From the NCBI GenBank assembly GCA_963669175.1, contig OY769902.1, forward strand, positions 3,648,001 to 3,712,000: 64,000 bases of DNA. Reading direction: 5' to 3'. The notes under the pieces are model-generated. The model did no database searches. It saw only the letters and a program-made list of their open reading frames with translations, and was not told the DNA's origin. Source of the DNA: a bacterium (lineage in GTDB: Bacteria; Electryoneota; Electryoneia; Electryoneales; Electryoneaceae). Below are positions 9,516-19,704 of the stretch, piece after piece (position 1 is the first letter of the stretch; each line of letters opens with the position of its first letter). The position numbers and the translations under genes are program-made.

Positions 9516-10646
9516 ATGCGTTGGACAGGGCTGTTCATCTTGCTTACTGTATTTGTTGCCTTTACATGTCAGGCTGCGATTCTGAACGTGCCTGATCAAT
9601 ATAAGGAGATTCAACAGGCCATTGACGCTGCGGCAGATGGTGATACGGTACTCGTAGCGCCCGGAACTTACAACGTGAATGAAAAGACCATTCCGCAGAA
9701 GAAGATTGAACAAGTTGCCGATATTATTGAAATTGAAGAAAAGCCTGGACTGTTGATCATCAACAAAGAGATCATTCTGGCTTCACATTTTATTGTTAGC
9801 GGGGACACCTCTTTCATCGCCAGTACCGTGATAAGTGGTGGCGGCTTCATTAAGGAAGGCAAAGGCTGGAAAGGTGGAACCGGAATTACAGTTGGTGGAT
9901 CGAAAACTGTCACAATCACCGGGCTCACCATTCGTGACGCCAATGACGGTATCTATCCCACCTGCCGTATCAACCTCACCCATTGCCATATCTTCAATAC
10001 TCACGACGGCGTGGACTTCGAATCCGGCAGCGGCGGCTATGTAGCGTATAACGTGATCGAACGAAATACGGATGATGCCCTCGATTTTGACGAAGACCTG
10101 GACATCGTGTGCGAGTATAACATCCTGCGCGCCAACGATGACGACGGCATCGAAATCCGTCTGCAAGCCTGGAGCGGCCATACCCTTTATTCCACAATCC
10201 GTAACAATGTGATCAGTGGAAACGCGGAAGACGGCATTCAGTTCATCGGCTACAATGTACCGACCAACCGTGTTTTCGAAATTCATGACAACCTTTTCGC
10301 CGGCAACGAAATTGCGGCTATCGCCTGCATGAACGATTCCAATACGATTGAGGACAAGCGTGGCGCGCAACTGACCGAGAAAATCATCGTTAAAAACAAT
10401 ATCATGTTGGATAACGAATATGGGATTATCGGCGGTGGCAATATGATTATCAAGGAAAACATGATCGCCAATTGCACCGGGGTTCCGCTGATGAACATTC
10501 AGGGAAAATCGAAGATTTGTGAGACGATGCTTTGGAACAACGCAAAAAAAACCGTAAACTGTAATATAACGGACAAATCGATTCTGAATATGCACCCCCA
10601 TCCGGAAGGGAGGCCCTATTTGAACCCCAAGTGGCCCCGGAAGTGA
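9516..10646 (+). CDS. Secreted right-handed parallel beta-helix protein (pectin lyase-like fold)
   Basis: Signal peptide, VPDQYKEIQQAIDAAADGDTVLVAPGTY, repeated N..DGI motifs. Confidence 0.8.
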   Translation: MRWTGLFILLTVFVAFTCQAAILNVPDQYKEIQQAIDAAADGDTVLVAPGTYNVNEKTIPQKKIEQVADIIEIEEKPGLLIINKEIILASHFIVSGDTSFIASTVISGGGFIKEGKGWKGGTGITVGGSKTVTITGLTIRDANDGIYPTCRINLTHCHIFNTHDGVDFESGSGGYVAYNVIERNTDDALDFDEDLDIVCEYNILRANDDDGIEIRLQAWSGHTLYSTIRNNVISGNAEDGIQFIGYNVPTNRVFEIHDNLFAGNEIAAIACMNDSNTIEDKRGAQLTEKIIVKNNIMLDNEYGIIGGGNMIIKENMIANCTGVPLMNIQGKSKICETMLWNNAKKTVNCNITDKSILNMHPHPEGRPYLNPKWPRK

Positions 10647-10668
10647 TGGGGCGACATCGGGGGATGGT

Positions 10669-11178
10669 ATGGAAGGAAAAAAACTGTTCAAACGCTGGTT
10701 CGCACCGGTTGGTGTCAGTATAGGAATAACCGTTCACCTGTTCATCTGGAGCAGAGTTGTCAAACGGTACGAGATCGATAAGATCTCTGCCGTTTTCTCG
10801 TTTATGCCAAGGAAATTTATAGTGATCCCGGGCCTTATATTGTCTATCATTGGCCCGATTGTCTTCCTTTCCGGTATTATCAGGCTGGGGCGTGATGCTG
10901 CTATCGGCTATCCGGACAAGCTGGAAAGCGATGGCATTTTCAACTTGATCCGTAATCCCATGTATGCCGGAGTTATTTACACACTGCTTGGGGCAGGACT
11001 CTTGTTTGACAGGCTGGCGCTGGCGCTGACCGGGATAAACTGGTTCGGTTGGTCATTCTTGCAGGATAAAAGAGAAAAACGTGAGTTGACTCTGAAGTTT
11101 GGTGAAGCCTACGAAAGCTACAGAGAAAAAACTCCCGGATTCTTTCCGGGATTCAGATGCTTTTCCTCCGCCGATTAG
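10669..11178 (+). CDS. Isoprenylcysteine carboxylmethyltransferase / PEMT family membrane protein
   Basis: GIFNLIRNPMYAG and EKRELTLKFGEAYESYREKTPGF motifs. Confidence 0.8.
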   Translation: MEGKKLFKRWFAPVGVSIGITVHLFIWSRVVKRYEIDKISAVFSFMPRKFIVIPGLILSIIGPIVFLSGIIRLGRDAAIGYPDKLESDGIFNLIRNPMYAGVIYTLLGAGLLFDRLALALTGINWFGWSFLQDKREKRELTLKFGEAYESYREKTPGFFPGFRCFSSAD

Positions 11179-11197
11179 TTCATGCGTTGGCAAGCCG

Positions 11198-14014
11198 TTA
11201 CTTCTCTTCGTTGGAATCTGAAGGTTCAGCCTCATCGGATCGGGCTGCTTCTTTCCTATCTCTTTCAATTGATTTCTGAAGGTCAATAATTTTCAGGCCA
11301 TGCGTATATTCAATTTCTTCAACATGTTTCAGAGTTAATAGCTTTTGCACAAGCCCATGCATTCGCTGAACCTGCGTAGGAATCTTCTCGAGTAACGGTT
11401 TCCTGTTTTCGTCTTCCAGAGCATCGTCTGCCAACAGATCCGCACATCCCTGTATAATTGCGAGCGGATTATTGAATTCATGGGCGATTGTAGCTGCAAT
11501 CTGGTTCGTTCTTTTTACCTGTTCAGCCTCGAGCCGCGCTCTTGCCGCTCTATCCTGTTCCCTGACAATCTGCCGGGATCGTTCTTCCACAAGTTTCTGC
11601 AAGCGTACACGTTCACGTTCCAGACGTCCAAGTCGCCATTGAATCAATCCCAGGATCAGAGCCGCAATGAGTAACAGATACAACAGATACACCCACATGC
11701 TTCGGTACCAAGGCGGAAGAACTCTGAAACTGAATTCTGCAGTTTTCCCCACGAGTTGATACCCATCGCGTCCGCGAACCTCAAAACGATATTTCCCTTC
11801 ACGCAAGCCTGAATACTCGTGAATGTTTTCTTTCGTCCATTCCGACCAGGCGCTGCTTTGCCCGACTAAACGATACTGGTAACGATTCTGGTTATATGTA
11901 TCATATGCCGGGATGGCAAATTCGAAGCGGACAGTATTGTCATCATATTTCAGGATAGTTGGCTTTTGAGAAGCCAATGCCAAACCGCCGAATAACAGCG
12001 AATCTTTGTTGGCGTACACTCCTGTAATGATTGAGTTTACAGCTTCTTCGCTACCATAGGAAAGATCTCCATGATAGCGTATCAGCGTATTCCCGCCACC
12101 ACCGGCCCAAATTGTATTATCTGCTCTGTCGAAATAAAGAGTGCGAATATCAGGAAGTGATGCCGGCGCCAATGGGAGGTTGAAAGTCGGGATATTGTCT
12201 GGCGAAAAGCTGACCCTGGGATTATAGAATCCCCTGGAACTGAACCATAAATTACCATCAGGATCAACATGCGGGAATGACATTTGATCACCAGTCGGCT
12301 TGAAACGATCTCCCAGCAGATCGCTTGCTATAAAACAGTCTTCTGATTCATCATACTCGTACAAACCATCAACCCCTGACAGATAAATACATCCATTGAG
12401 CAGGAATGGTTGGCACTCCCCCGACGGGACTCCTTTCGTGGAATCATACACCTGTACAGACATTTCAGAAAAATCATCATGAATGCTGTGAACGGAGATC
12501 CTTTCAAGATGATCCCAGTCTGCATTGATCCATAGATTATTGTTTTTATCAATTGCCATGGGCCCAATATGTGTCGTAAGCCCAACCGCATCAACACGCC
12601 TGGTAATCCAGCGATTTCCCTCCAGTTTCAGTAAATGGAGCCCGTTATAATAAGAGCTTACGGCAATGGTGCTTGAATCAGGCAGAACAACAAAGGACTG
12701 AATATCATAGGGAAGTTGTTTCACCATCCTTACCTGGCCTGAAGCCAACAATTCCTTCACGCCTTGTGCTGTTGCGAGTAACAACCTGTCCTTTAATGGT
12801 AGCATATCCCAGCATGTAGTGTTGCAACCTTGTACAAGATGGAATTTGGCCGGGAATCCCTGTTTGGAAGATTCTTCAAGGGCAAATAATCCCTGCATGG
12901 TCGCAACGTAGATCTGTCCATTAAACATTCTTATACGATGCACTCCTCCTCGTAAGCCTAATTCATAGTTAAATTTTGACATTTCAGGCAGGATCATTAC
13001 ACGTGCAAGACCGTAATCCAAAGGTAACCATAGACCACCTTGTCTATCTGGAAAAGATTCCCCGATAACTGTTTCGTCAGAAAGACCGACATCCTGATTG
13101 AGTAGCCTGATTACTTCACCACGCTTATTGATAACGGCAGCGCCATGCTCCTCAAAAGTCAAACAAAACAGTTCATCATTTATTCGCGAGAGATCGCGTC
13201 CAATGTACTTTTCCGCATATTCCAGCACATCCCAATTGGTTGATTTTAAATAATCTCCTTCAAGAAATGCAACATAGGGTTCTCCCCAACAGGATACCAG
13301 CGTATCACCATCAACACGAAACAGTTGACGAATAACAGTATCGTTTGGAATCTGAATGGGGCGAGGAATCAGTGAATCGCCAACGACTTTGAAAAACTGC
13401 TTATCTCTGGTCTGAACAAAAATGGCATTTTCAAACTCAAGCAGTGTAGCCCAGATATCCTTTTTTGGGGCAAGGATGGCAGAGATTTTACCGGTGGCCG
13501 GATTTTGATCATACTCCACATGCAAGAGAATTGAATCGGCCAGGAAATAGGCATGCCCGGGAATGGCTTTTGTATACCAGACATCAAAGAAATCTCGACT
13601 CAGGTTTTCGGGGATTAACTCCTTGTATGATTTGAAGGTCCGTTTGCCAAGCGTGTCTGTCTGCAAGAATCCGATATCGCCTTCCCATCCGACGAAGATA
13701 TTGTCAAACTCATCAATATCCATTGAAAGCGGAAATACTCCTTTGGGGTGCGCTATCATCCTCCAGTGGATTCCATCAAACTCAAGAATGCCTGATCCAT
13801 TGGCTATATATATGACACTTCGCGCATCCTGTAAGATGGCAAAATTCTGTACATGTCCGTCATACTCTTCAGGAAGAATGGTCTGGATGAAGGGTAATCC
13901 ATTTGTGGTGGCATTGGCGCTATAGGGCAGAGTACTGACGAGAAAGAGCAACAGGAATACTGCTGCCGAATGATATCCTGCCCTGAAGCGCGCGGTAAGC
14001 AAGTGGTGCCCCAC
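11198..14014 (-). CDS. Membrane sensor: extracytoplasmic beta-propeller, Y_Y_Y domain, TM helix and HisKA domain, with no HATPase domain
   Basis: YQYRLVG...WSEW...YSGLREGKYRFEVRG, VLPPWY followed by a TM helix, AHEFNNPL H-box; the protein ends about 85 aa after the His. Confidence 0.8.
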   Translation of the reverse strand: MGHHLLTARFRAGYHSAAVFLLLFLVSTLPYSANATTNGLPFIQTILPEEYDGHVQNFAILQDARSVIYIANGSGILEFDGIHWRMIAHPKGVFPLSMDIDEFDNIFVGWEGDIGFLQTDTLGKRTFKSYKELIPENLSRDFFDVWYTKAIPGHAYFLADSILLHVEYDQNPATGKISAILAPKKDIWATLLEFENAIFVQTRDKQFFKVVGDSLIPRPIQIPNDTVIRQLFRVDGDTLVSCWGEPYVAFLEGDYLKSTNWDVLEYAEKYIGRDLSRINDELFCLTFEEHGAAVINKRGEVIRLLNQDVGLSDETVIGESFPDRQGGLWLPLDYGLARVMILPEMSKFNYELGLRGGVHRIRMFNGQIYVATMQGLFALEESSKQGFPAKFHLVQGCNTTCWDMLPLKDRLLLATAQGVKELLASGQVRMVKQLPYDIQSFVVLPDSSTIAVSSYYNGLHLLKLEGNRWITRRVDAVGLTTHIGPMAIDKNNNLWINADWDHLERISVHSIHDDFSEMSVQVYDSTKGVPSGECQPFLLNGCIYLSGVDGLYEYDESEDCFIASDLLGDRFKPTGDQMSFPHVDPDGNLWFSSRGFYNPRVSFSPDNIPTFNLPLAPASLPDIRTLYFDRADNTIWAGGGGNTLIRYHGDLSYGSEEAVNSIITGVYANKDSLLFGGLALASQKPTILKYDDNTVRFEFAIPAYDTYNQNRYQYRLVGQSSAWSEWTKENIHEYSGLREGKYRFEVRGRDGYQLVGKTAEFSFRVLPPWYRSMWVYLLYLLLIAALILGLIQWRLGRLERERVRLQKLVEERSRQIVREQDRAARARLEAEQVKRTNQIAATIAHEFNNPLAIIQGCADLLADDALEDENRKPLLEKIPTQVQRMHGLVQKLLTLKHVEEIEYTHGLKIIDLQKSIERDRKEAARSDEAEPSDSNEEK

Positions 14015-14229
14015 CAGAAAAGGAATCTAAAATCAAAACCGATTGAATTTCCATGTCGATTGTATAAAGGAAAATTATAATGAACCTGATCACAATAAAC
14101 CTTAGTTGTATTATGTATTATAAACGTACACCTTTTCGGGTCCAATGGCAATCAAGAAAAAAGGCTGCTATCCTCCAAATGAGGACCAGCCTCAATGATT
14201 TTCAACTCGATATTTCCACGAACTTACGT

Positions 14230-14925
14230 TCAGTCATCCGAAACCATGCCACGAAGGACAAGTAAACGAAGCAACTGGACAACAGCCATCGTTGCCGAAG
14301 CCACATAGGTCCATGCTGCTGCACTGAGAACTTTACGGGCGCCAGTGACTTCTTCTGACCGCAGATAGCCATCCGTTCCCAGGATCTGGATCGCGCGTCG
14401 GCTGGCATCAAACTCAACAGGCAATGTGACAAGGTGAAAGACAACAACCAGCGCAAACAGGACGATTCCGATATCCATCAGTGATTGGAATGACGAGAAA
14501 ATCAAGCCAACGAAAAACAAGGGAAACGCCAGCCAGCTTCCCAATTGAACCGGTCCAACCAGCGCATGACGAAATTTCAGCGCAGAATATCCTTCGGAAT
14601 GCTGTATTGCATGCCCTACTTCATGTGCAGCGACAGCAAGAGCGGCCAGTGATGGGCTTGCAAAGTTGCCTTCCGATAACCGCACCACGCGTTTTCCGGG
14701 ATCGTAATGATCTGAAAGTACGCCCCTGGTCGGCTCAACTTTAACATCAAACAGTCCAAACCTGTCAAGAATTCGGCGTGCAACATCCGCCCCCTTCAGG
14801 CCGGCGCTATTGTAAACCTGGCTATATGTCCTGTATGCCCCCTGGACCTTTGATTGTGCCCAGAAAGCCAGTATCAGCGCCGGAATCAACAGGAAAAATG
14901 TCGGATCAAACATCATGAACGGCAT
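14230..14925 (-). CDS. Putative neutral zinc metallopeptidase (YugP / Zn_peptidase_2 family)
   Basis: LSDHYDP, AAHEVGHAIQ (HExxH), TLPVEFDASRRA, AAAWTYVA. Confidence 0.92.
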   Translation of the reverse strand: MPFMMFDPTFFLLIPALILAFWAQSKVQGAYRTYSQVYNSAGLKGADVARRILDRFGLFDVKVEPTRGVLSDHYDPGKRVVRLSEGNFASPSLAALAVAAHEVGHAIQHSEGYSALKFRHALVGPVQLGSWLAFPLFFVGLIFSSFQSLMDIGIVLFALVVVFHLVTLPVEFDASRRAIQILGTDGYLRSEEVTGARKVLSAAAWTYVASATMAVVQLLRLLVLRGMVSDD

Positions 14926-15055
14926 CTATCCACTACTCCTTTTGCTCGTACGATATCAGCTTCACACCATGTAAACAACTTTGTATAGACAAAACTCAAA
15001 ATTCTGATACGGAGTTCCCACATTTTCATCACACCCTGAGCCATTAATTGAAGGA

Positions 15056-15324
15056 CTAGTGGACCATTGCACCTGATATGAGTTGTTCTGCTTGTTTTTG
15101 ATGAGTCGAGTTCAAGACAGTTACACAAAAACATAGTGTTCTATATTGAGTGTAACTAACGCAGAAATCGACCATCAAAAACAAGCCCGAAGGGAGCGCG
15201 CGCTTTACCCCATGACTGCGTTGCTTTCCCTTGAAATAACCCGCTATGTCTGTAGTCAAGCGCCTTTTCCTGAGGTAAAGCGCGCAGCTCAGAAAACATC
15301 ATAGCAGGTGCAATGGTCCACTAG
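15056..15324. mobile_element. MITE-like non-autonomous element (269 bp including the flanking CTAG)
   Basis: CTAGTGGACCATTGCACCTGATATGA at 15056 is the reverse complement (1 mismatch in 26) of TCATAGCAGGTGCAATGGTCCACTAG ending at 15324; no credible internal gene. Confidence 0.75.
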
Positions 15325-15407
15325 CCCGAATATTTCACCAATGCAATTTCAAATTTGGTATTTGATGGAATGGCCAGTACAAGAACCACGGCAGTGGTTC
15401 TCTGTAT

Positions 15408-15635
15408 TAGCCCACCGTCCAGCGCCGTCTGTTTGGCGCTCACGGTGGGAATAGGATGTACGCTACTTGCCAACCCCGGCAGCGGGTTGCCTGAATATTT
15501 CCACTGTATACTTTTGATAATTATCAGGTTACTCCTTCCGGAGTAAATATATGGTGCGCATTATCTCCCCGGGTAGCCGCCAAACTGACGGCGGCTGCCC
15601 GGGGCTAATACAGGTTGCCCCTGCCGGGGCGGTTG
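15408..15635. repeat. Cluster of REP-like GC-rich palindromes
   Basis: CCCACCGT...ACGGTGGG, CAACCC...GGGTTG, CCCCGGGTAGCCGCC-N8-GGCGGCTGCCCGGGG (15567-15604) and GCCCC...GGGGC hairpins in an intergenic region. Confidence 0.6.
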
Positions 15636-15862
15636 CCGATTCTCAGCCTATTTTGCCAGCGAAACAGGGAATAGACACGCAAAGGGATACCGGAGCAAAC
15701 TGTCCCCTGAAAAATGCTGTATGAATCAGTTGTATTGTGTTGATATGAACTGTGTTAAGATGAATATCCATGTTCCGTTCATGAAATATTCGGGCTAGTT
15801 ATTACTGAAGGGGAAATTTCTTTAATTCTTGCAGGACTTCCCGTCGGACACTATTTTCCGGT

Positions 15863-16543
15863 GTGAACAAACCGACTGCCATCATCATCCCCCTTTACCG
15901 GTATAGTCAGCATCTTGAGACTGTGCTGCAGGGATGTTTGCGTCATTTCCCGGCAGACCGAATCCTGGTCGTTGATGACGGCAGCCCCGACCTGGCCAGC
16001 GCCAGAGCGCAAAAATACGGGGTTCACGTGCTTCGGTATCCGGTTAACCGTGGCAAGGGCGCTGCGCTGCGTGCAGGTATCGACTTCTGGCGTGAACGAA
16101 AAATCTCCTGGGTAATCACGCTTGATTCAGATGGTCAACATGATGTCGCGGATCTTCCAGCATTCATTTCAGCAATTGCTGCAGGCGAAGCCGACGTTAT
16201 TCTTGGTTGGCGTAAAAACAGATCGGCAATGCCTGTTGATCGACGAATCTCCAATACCCTGACAAGTTGGATAATAAGTCGGCTGGCGAGAACATCCATA
16301 CCGGACAGTCAGTGTGGATATCGTGCTTTGAAAACAGACCTTTTACCCGGCCATCGATGGTTTGAAGACGGTTTTTTCTTTGAGAGCGAATTCCTGCTCA
16401 AGTGTGCTGGCAATGCCTGTCAAATCAAGTATATTCCGGTGCGCACAATCTACCACCCTGGTGATGTAAGCTCCATTCGCAGGTTTCCGGATACAGCAAG
16501 GTTTATCCGATTGGTGATACGAAGGATCACAGGACGTGATTAA
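15863..16543 (+). CDS. Glycosyltransferase family 2 (DPM synthase-like)
   Basis: VVDDGS, NRGKGAAL, LDSDGQH, DSQCGYRA. Confidence 0.9.
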   Translation: MNKPTAIIIPLYRYSQHLETVLQGCLRHFPADRILVVDDGSPDLASARAQKYGVHVLRYPVNRGKGAALRAGIDFWRERKISWVITLDSDGQHDVADLPAFISAIAAGEADVILGWRKNRSAMPVDRRISNTLTSWIISRLARTSIPDSQCGYRALKTDLLPGHRWFEDGFFFESEFLLKCAGNACQIKYIPVRTIYHPGDVSSIRRFPDTARFIRLVIRRITGRD

Positions 16544-17183
16544 TTATCGTTTGGAAAGAGAACAGCTCGTAGACAGTTTGCAGCGCAAGGGCATCAGGGA
16601 TAAACGTGTCCTTGAAGCCTTGCGAAGCTTGAAACGGCACAACTTTGTTCCATCCAATATGCGCGCGCGTGCATATGAAGATAATCCCCTGCCCATCGGC
16701 GAAAACCAAACGATTTCGCAACCGTATATGGTTGCAAAGATGACCGAACTTCTGGAACTATCCGGCAATGAAAAAGTACTGGAGATTGGAACCGGGTCCG
16801 GCTATCAATGCGCTTTACTGGCCATTTTAGCCAAGAAAGTCTTTACCGTTGAACGGATAACCAGCCTGGCACAACGTGCTCGTGAGCAATTTTCCAGGTT
16901 GGAACTTGGAAATGTTATTCAGAAAGTTGGTGATGGCAGCCTTGGGTGGCCTGATTTTGCGCCCTATGACAGAATCATTGTAACTGCCGGTTCGCCGAGC
17001 ATACCCAAAAAACTTACGGATCAACTGGCAGACGGCGGCATCCTGATCATTCCTTCGGGAACCAGGAGAATCCAGGATTTGAAGAAGATCACACGCCAGG
17101 GAGATGAGATTATAACATCTTCGGAAGGCGCCTGTGTTTTTGTTCCCCTGGTGGGAAGTGACGGCTGGACTGACAACGATTAG
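16536..17183 (+). CDS. pcm: Protein-L-isoaspartate O-methyltransferase
   Basis: QTISQPYMVA, VLEIGTGSGY, APYDRIIVTAG, FVPLVG. Confidence 0.95.
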   Translation: MINYRLEREQLVDSLQRKGIRDKRVLEALRSLKRHNFVPSNMRARAYEDNPLPIGENQTISQPYMVAKMTELLELSGNEKVLEIGTGSGYQCALLAILAKKVFTVERITSLAQRAREQFSRLELGNVIQKVGDGSLGWPDFAPYDRIIVTAGSPSIPKKLTDQLADGGILIIPSGTRRIQDLKKITRQGDEIITSSEGACVFVPLVGSDGWTDND

Positions 17184-17239
17184 CGGACCAGAAGCATGTA
17201 GCGGTCCATTTGACGCCCAACAAAAGCGAACAACGAGTA

Positions 17240-17875
17240 ATGATGGAACATAAAAGTCTGGCTGATGACCTTCGCGATCTGGCCGTCCAATGCGGAACGG
17301 ATACAGTCAGCCTGGGAGATATCACCAGGATCATGGGTGAACGTGGCTTTGGGATGCTTTTCATCATTCTGTCACTCCCCAGCGCAATGCCAGTCCCGGC
17401 CCCCGGATACAGCACCCCATTCGGCATCCTGATGGTCCTGCTCGGACTCCAGCAACTGGTTGGCAAGTCCAGCCCCTACCTGCCGCAATGGGCGCTCAAT
17501 CGTGAACTCAAATCAAAGACCATGGCTAAAATCTTCAATGCCGGTGGCGCTTTCTTCGACAAGATGGAATACCTGATCAAACCGCGCTTTGGTTGGATTG
17601 GAAGCCGACTCGGGCAATCTGTCATCAGCCTGCTGGTTATCATTATGGCCACCTTGATGATTTTCCCGATTCCGTTGACAAATACCGCTCCGGCCATTGT
17701 AATCTTTATTCTCGGCATCGGGATCCTTGAACGTGATGGGCTGGCGATTGCCTTTGGCGCTGTTGTGGGCTGGCTGGCAGTTCTTCTCTACGGATTTGTT
17801 ATTTATTCCATCATTTACCTTGGCACCAGCCCGGAAGAAGTGAAGGAAATGGTCAAAGGATTCCTGGGAATGTGA
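17240..17875 (+). CDS. exoD: ExoD-family exopolysaccharide synthesis membrane protein
   Basis: GERGFG.L...LSLP, PIPLTNTAPA, ERDG motifs. Confidence 0.85.
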   Translation: MMEHKSLADDLRDLAVQCGTDTVSLGDITRIMGERGFGMLFIILSLPSAMPVPAPGYSTPFGILMVLLGLQQLVGKSSPYLPQWALNRELKSKTMAKIFNAGGAFFDKMEYLIKPRFGWIGSRLGQSVISLLVIIMATLMIFPIPLTNTAPAIVIFILGIGILERDGLAIAFGAVVGWLAVLLYGFVIYSIIYLGTSPEEVKEMVKGFLGM

Positions 17876-17983
17876 GCAATGTGCGCATAATAAGTGCAGC
17901 ACATGCCAGCAGGCGTGTATATTGTTCACACCTGCTTACCACCTCAACATCATATGTTTATATTTACAAGTACTTAACAAAAC

Positions 17984-17999
17984 TGGCACACGGCTTGTA
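17984..17999 (+). promoter_or_regulatory. Putative sigma-54 (-24/-12) promoter
   Basis: TGGCACACGGCTTGTA versus consensus TGGCACG-N4-TTGCW; spacing is correct but -12 is GT rather than GC. Confidence 0.5.
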
Positions 18000-18009
18000 A
18001 CTGTGCATA

Positions 18010-18256
18010 TCAGACCCCCAAGGCAGCCAAACCTTGGTTGTGGAATCAGGCCGACGACTGAAGGATTGGGCTTTCCCACCCCTTCCGAAGCCGAAGTCTT
18101 AACCACCATTCTTTCGGAAGTGGCTTGATTTCCGGGTCTGTTTTTAGAAAGAGGGTTCCCGAAAGGGACTGAACATAGCAGTTGGTGCATCCCCGCACCG
18201 TTTGGCCTCAGCCATTCGCAACACTTGGCCGGTGTTGTAGGCTGGGGCTTCTCTTT
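18010..18256 (+). ncRNA. Candidate structured small RNA (family not recognised)
   Basis: Nested stems 18011-17/18134-40, 18018-23/18032-37, 18042-52/18122-33 and 18082-90/18112-20; GAAA tetraloop hairpin 18157-68; terminal hairpin 18205-18248 followed by TTCTCTTT. Confidence 0.5.
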
Positions 18257-18396
18257 GCGACTTAGGTTATAAACAATTACAAGAATCTTCTTCCACACCC
18301 TGATCTCCATACTGCGCACAGCATACGCAGAAGCAGGATTGAATCTGACAGCAGTATGCACTATACTCCAGCACGAAGAATACAATTGGAGATAGA

Positions 18397-19308
18397 GTGA
18401 CCAACGGATACAGCAAAATACCAGTGAACGGCCCCTTCCGTTTGGCAACGGCGCTTAATGTCCTTTTCCGTTATGAACGCCCACGGCTCAATCCAAGGGA
18501 ACCGGCTCGCGCATCCTTTTCCCTGGAAGTCCCTGATGGCGCGGTGGAGGTTACTGTCCGACAACAGCGCCCCGGCGATACACTGGAATTCCTCGTACTT
18601 GGCGACCGTGCTTCACAGGAGACCATCGAGTATGTCAATAAAACACTGATCAGGATGTTCGCGCTGGATGTTGATGCATCTGACTTTTTTGAACGTGTGC
18701 GTGATGATTCACATTTGAAACTGGCCTCTTCCCTGTACCCGGATTTGCGTCCAGTTCGCATGCCAACCCCATTTGAAGCAGCGATAAAACTGATCATCGG
18801 GCATCGGATTTCGCCGGAAACAGCGGTAGCGTTGATACGGAACCTGGTTGAAGTTTGCGGAATTATTCCGTCCGGACGTCCAAACGCCAGACCGGCATTC
18901 CCTGGAAGGGCGACGATTCTTGCCATGCCGGATAAACTCCTGGAGATCACCGGTATCGTAAATGAGAAGATTCAGAAGATTCGCGAGCTGGCCTCTTCAC
19001 AATTCGGTGAAGAAGCTGATATGGAATCGATTTTCGCCGAGAGTGATCCGATGATTGCCAGGAAAAGACTGGAAGATCTCCCGGGCATCGGCAGGCGAAC
19101 AGCCGAGCATATCCTGCTTCGCGCTTACCCTTTCAATGACATGTTGAATGATGACCCGATCCTTCAACGTGCCGTTCAACGGTTCTATCATCTTGCGCAA
19201 ATGCCTGACGAGAAAACCATGAAACGATTTGCTCAGCCTTTTATGCCGTGGCGAAGCTGGTGGATGTTCCTGCTTTATACTGTAAATGAGACCTCGGTAA
19301 TTGTGTGA
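18397..19308 (+). CDS. DNA-3-methyladenine glycosylase II (AlkA-like, HhH-GPD)
   Basis: TPFEAAIKLIIG, LEDLPGIGRRTA HhH motif, PWRSW. Confidence 0.8.
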   Translation: MTNGYSKIPVNGPFRLATALNVLFRYERPRLNPREPARASFSLEVPDGAVEVTVRQQRPGDTLEFLVLGDRASQETIEYVNKTLIRMFALDVDASDFFERVRDDSHLKLASSLYPDLRPVRMPTPFEAAIKLIIGHRISPETAVALIRNLVEVCGIIPSGRPNARPAFPGRATILAMPDKLLEITGIVNEKIQKIRELASSQFGEEADMESIFAESDPMIARKRLEDLPGIGRRTAEHILLRAYPFNDMLNDDPILQRAVQRFYHLAQMPDEKTMKRFAQPFMPWRSWWMFLLYTVNETSVIV

Positions 19309-19704
19309 GCCATGGTGATTTTTCGGTTATCGCTTGTTGCTTATAGCGCTTGTGCTTATCTTAGTGAGTTATGTTCCATCTGTCAGATTGTTTCAGAAGC
19401 AGGAATTTCTGAATAACCCTATGATTTCAGGCATATCTGCTTTGTCATATATTATGGTTGATGAATCATGTGGGCTTCATCAGCAGATGTATGACTGAAA
19501 TCAGATGAAAATCTTTGCAAGTTATTGATTTTCAAAAGCAGCAAATCACATTTCATATAATATCAACATGTGGTGCAGGAAGGTTGAAAACGACAAACAA
19601 GATGACGTTACTCAAGCAAACCTGTTTTAATTCCGTTGCCACCCGGTGAAACAGGCCCCGTAAAAGAGTAGCGAAACGGTTTACATAGTTTGAAGGAGAG
19701 TCCC

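Noticed and set aside
9783-10691. 302 aa minus-strand ORF
   Set aside because: It is antisense to the well-supported beta-helix gene.
18046-18057. 12-mer TCAGGCCGACGA shared with the region near 49218
   Set aside because: The match does not extend and is expected by chance in 64 kb.
17936-18448. 170 aa minus-strand ORF over the candidate RNA
   Set aside because: It has no recognisable motifs or RBS and overlaps the alkA start; a structured RNA explains the sequence better.
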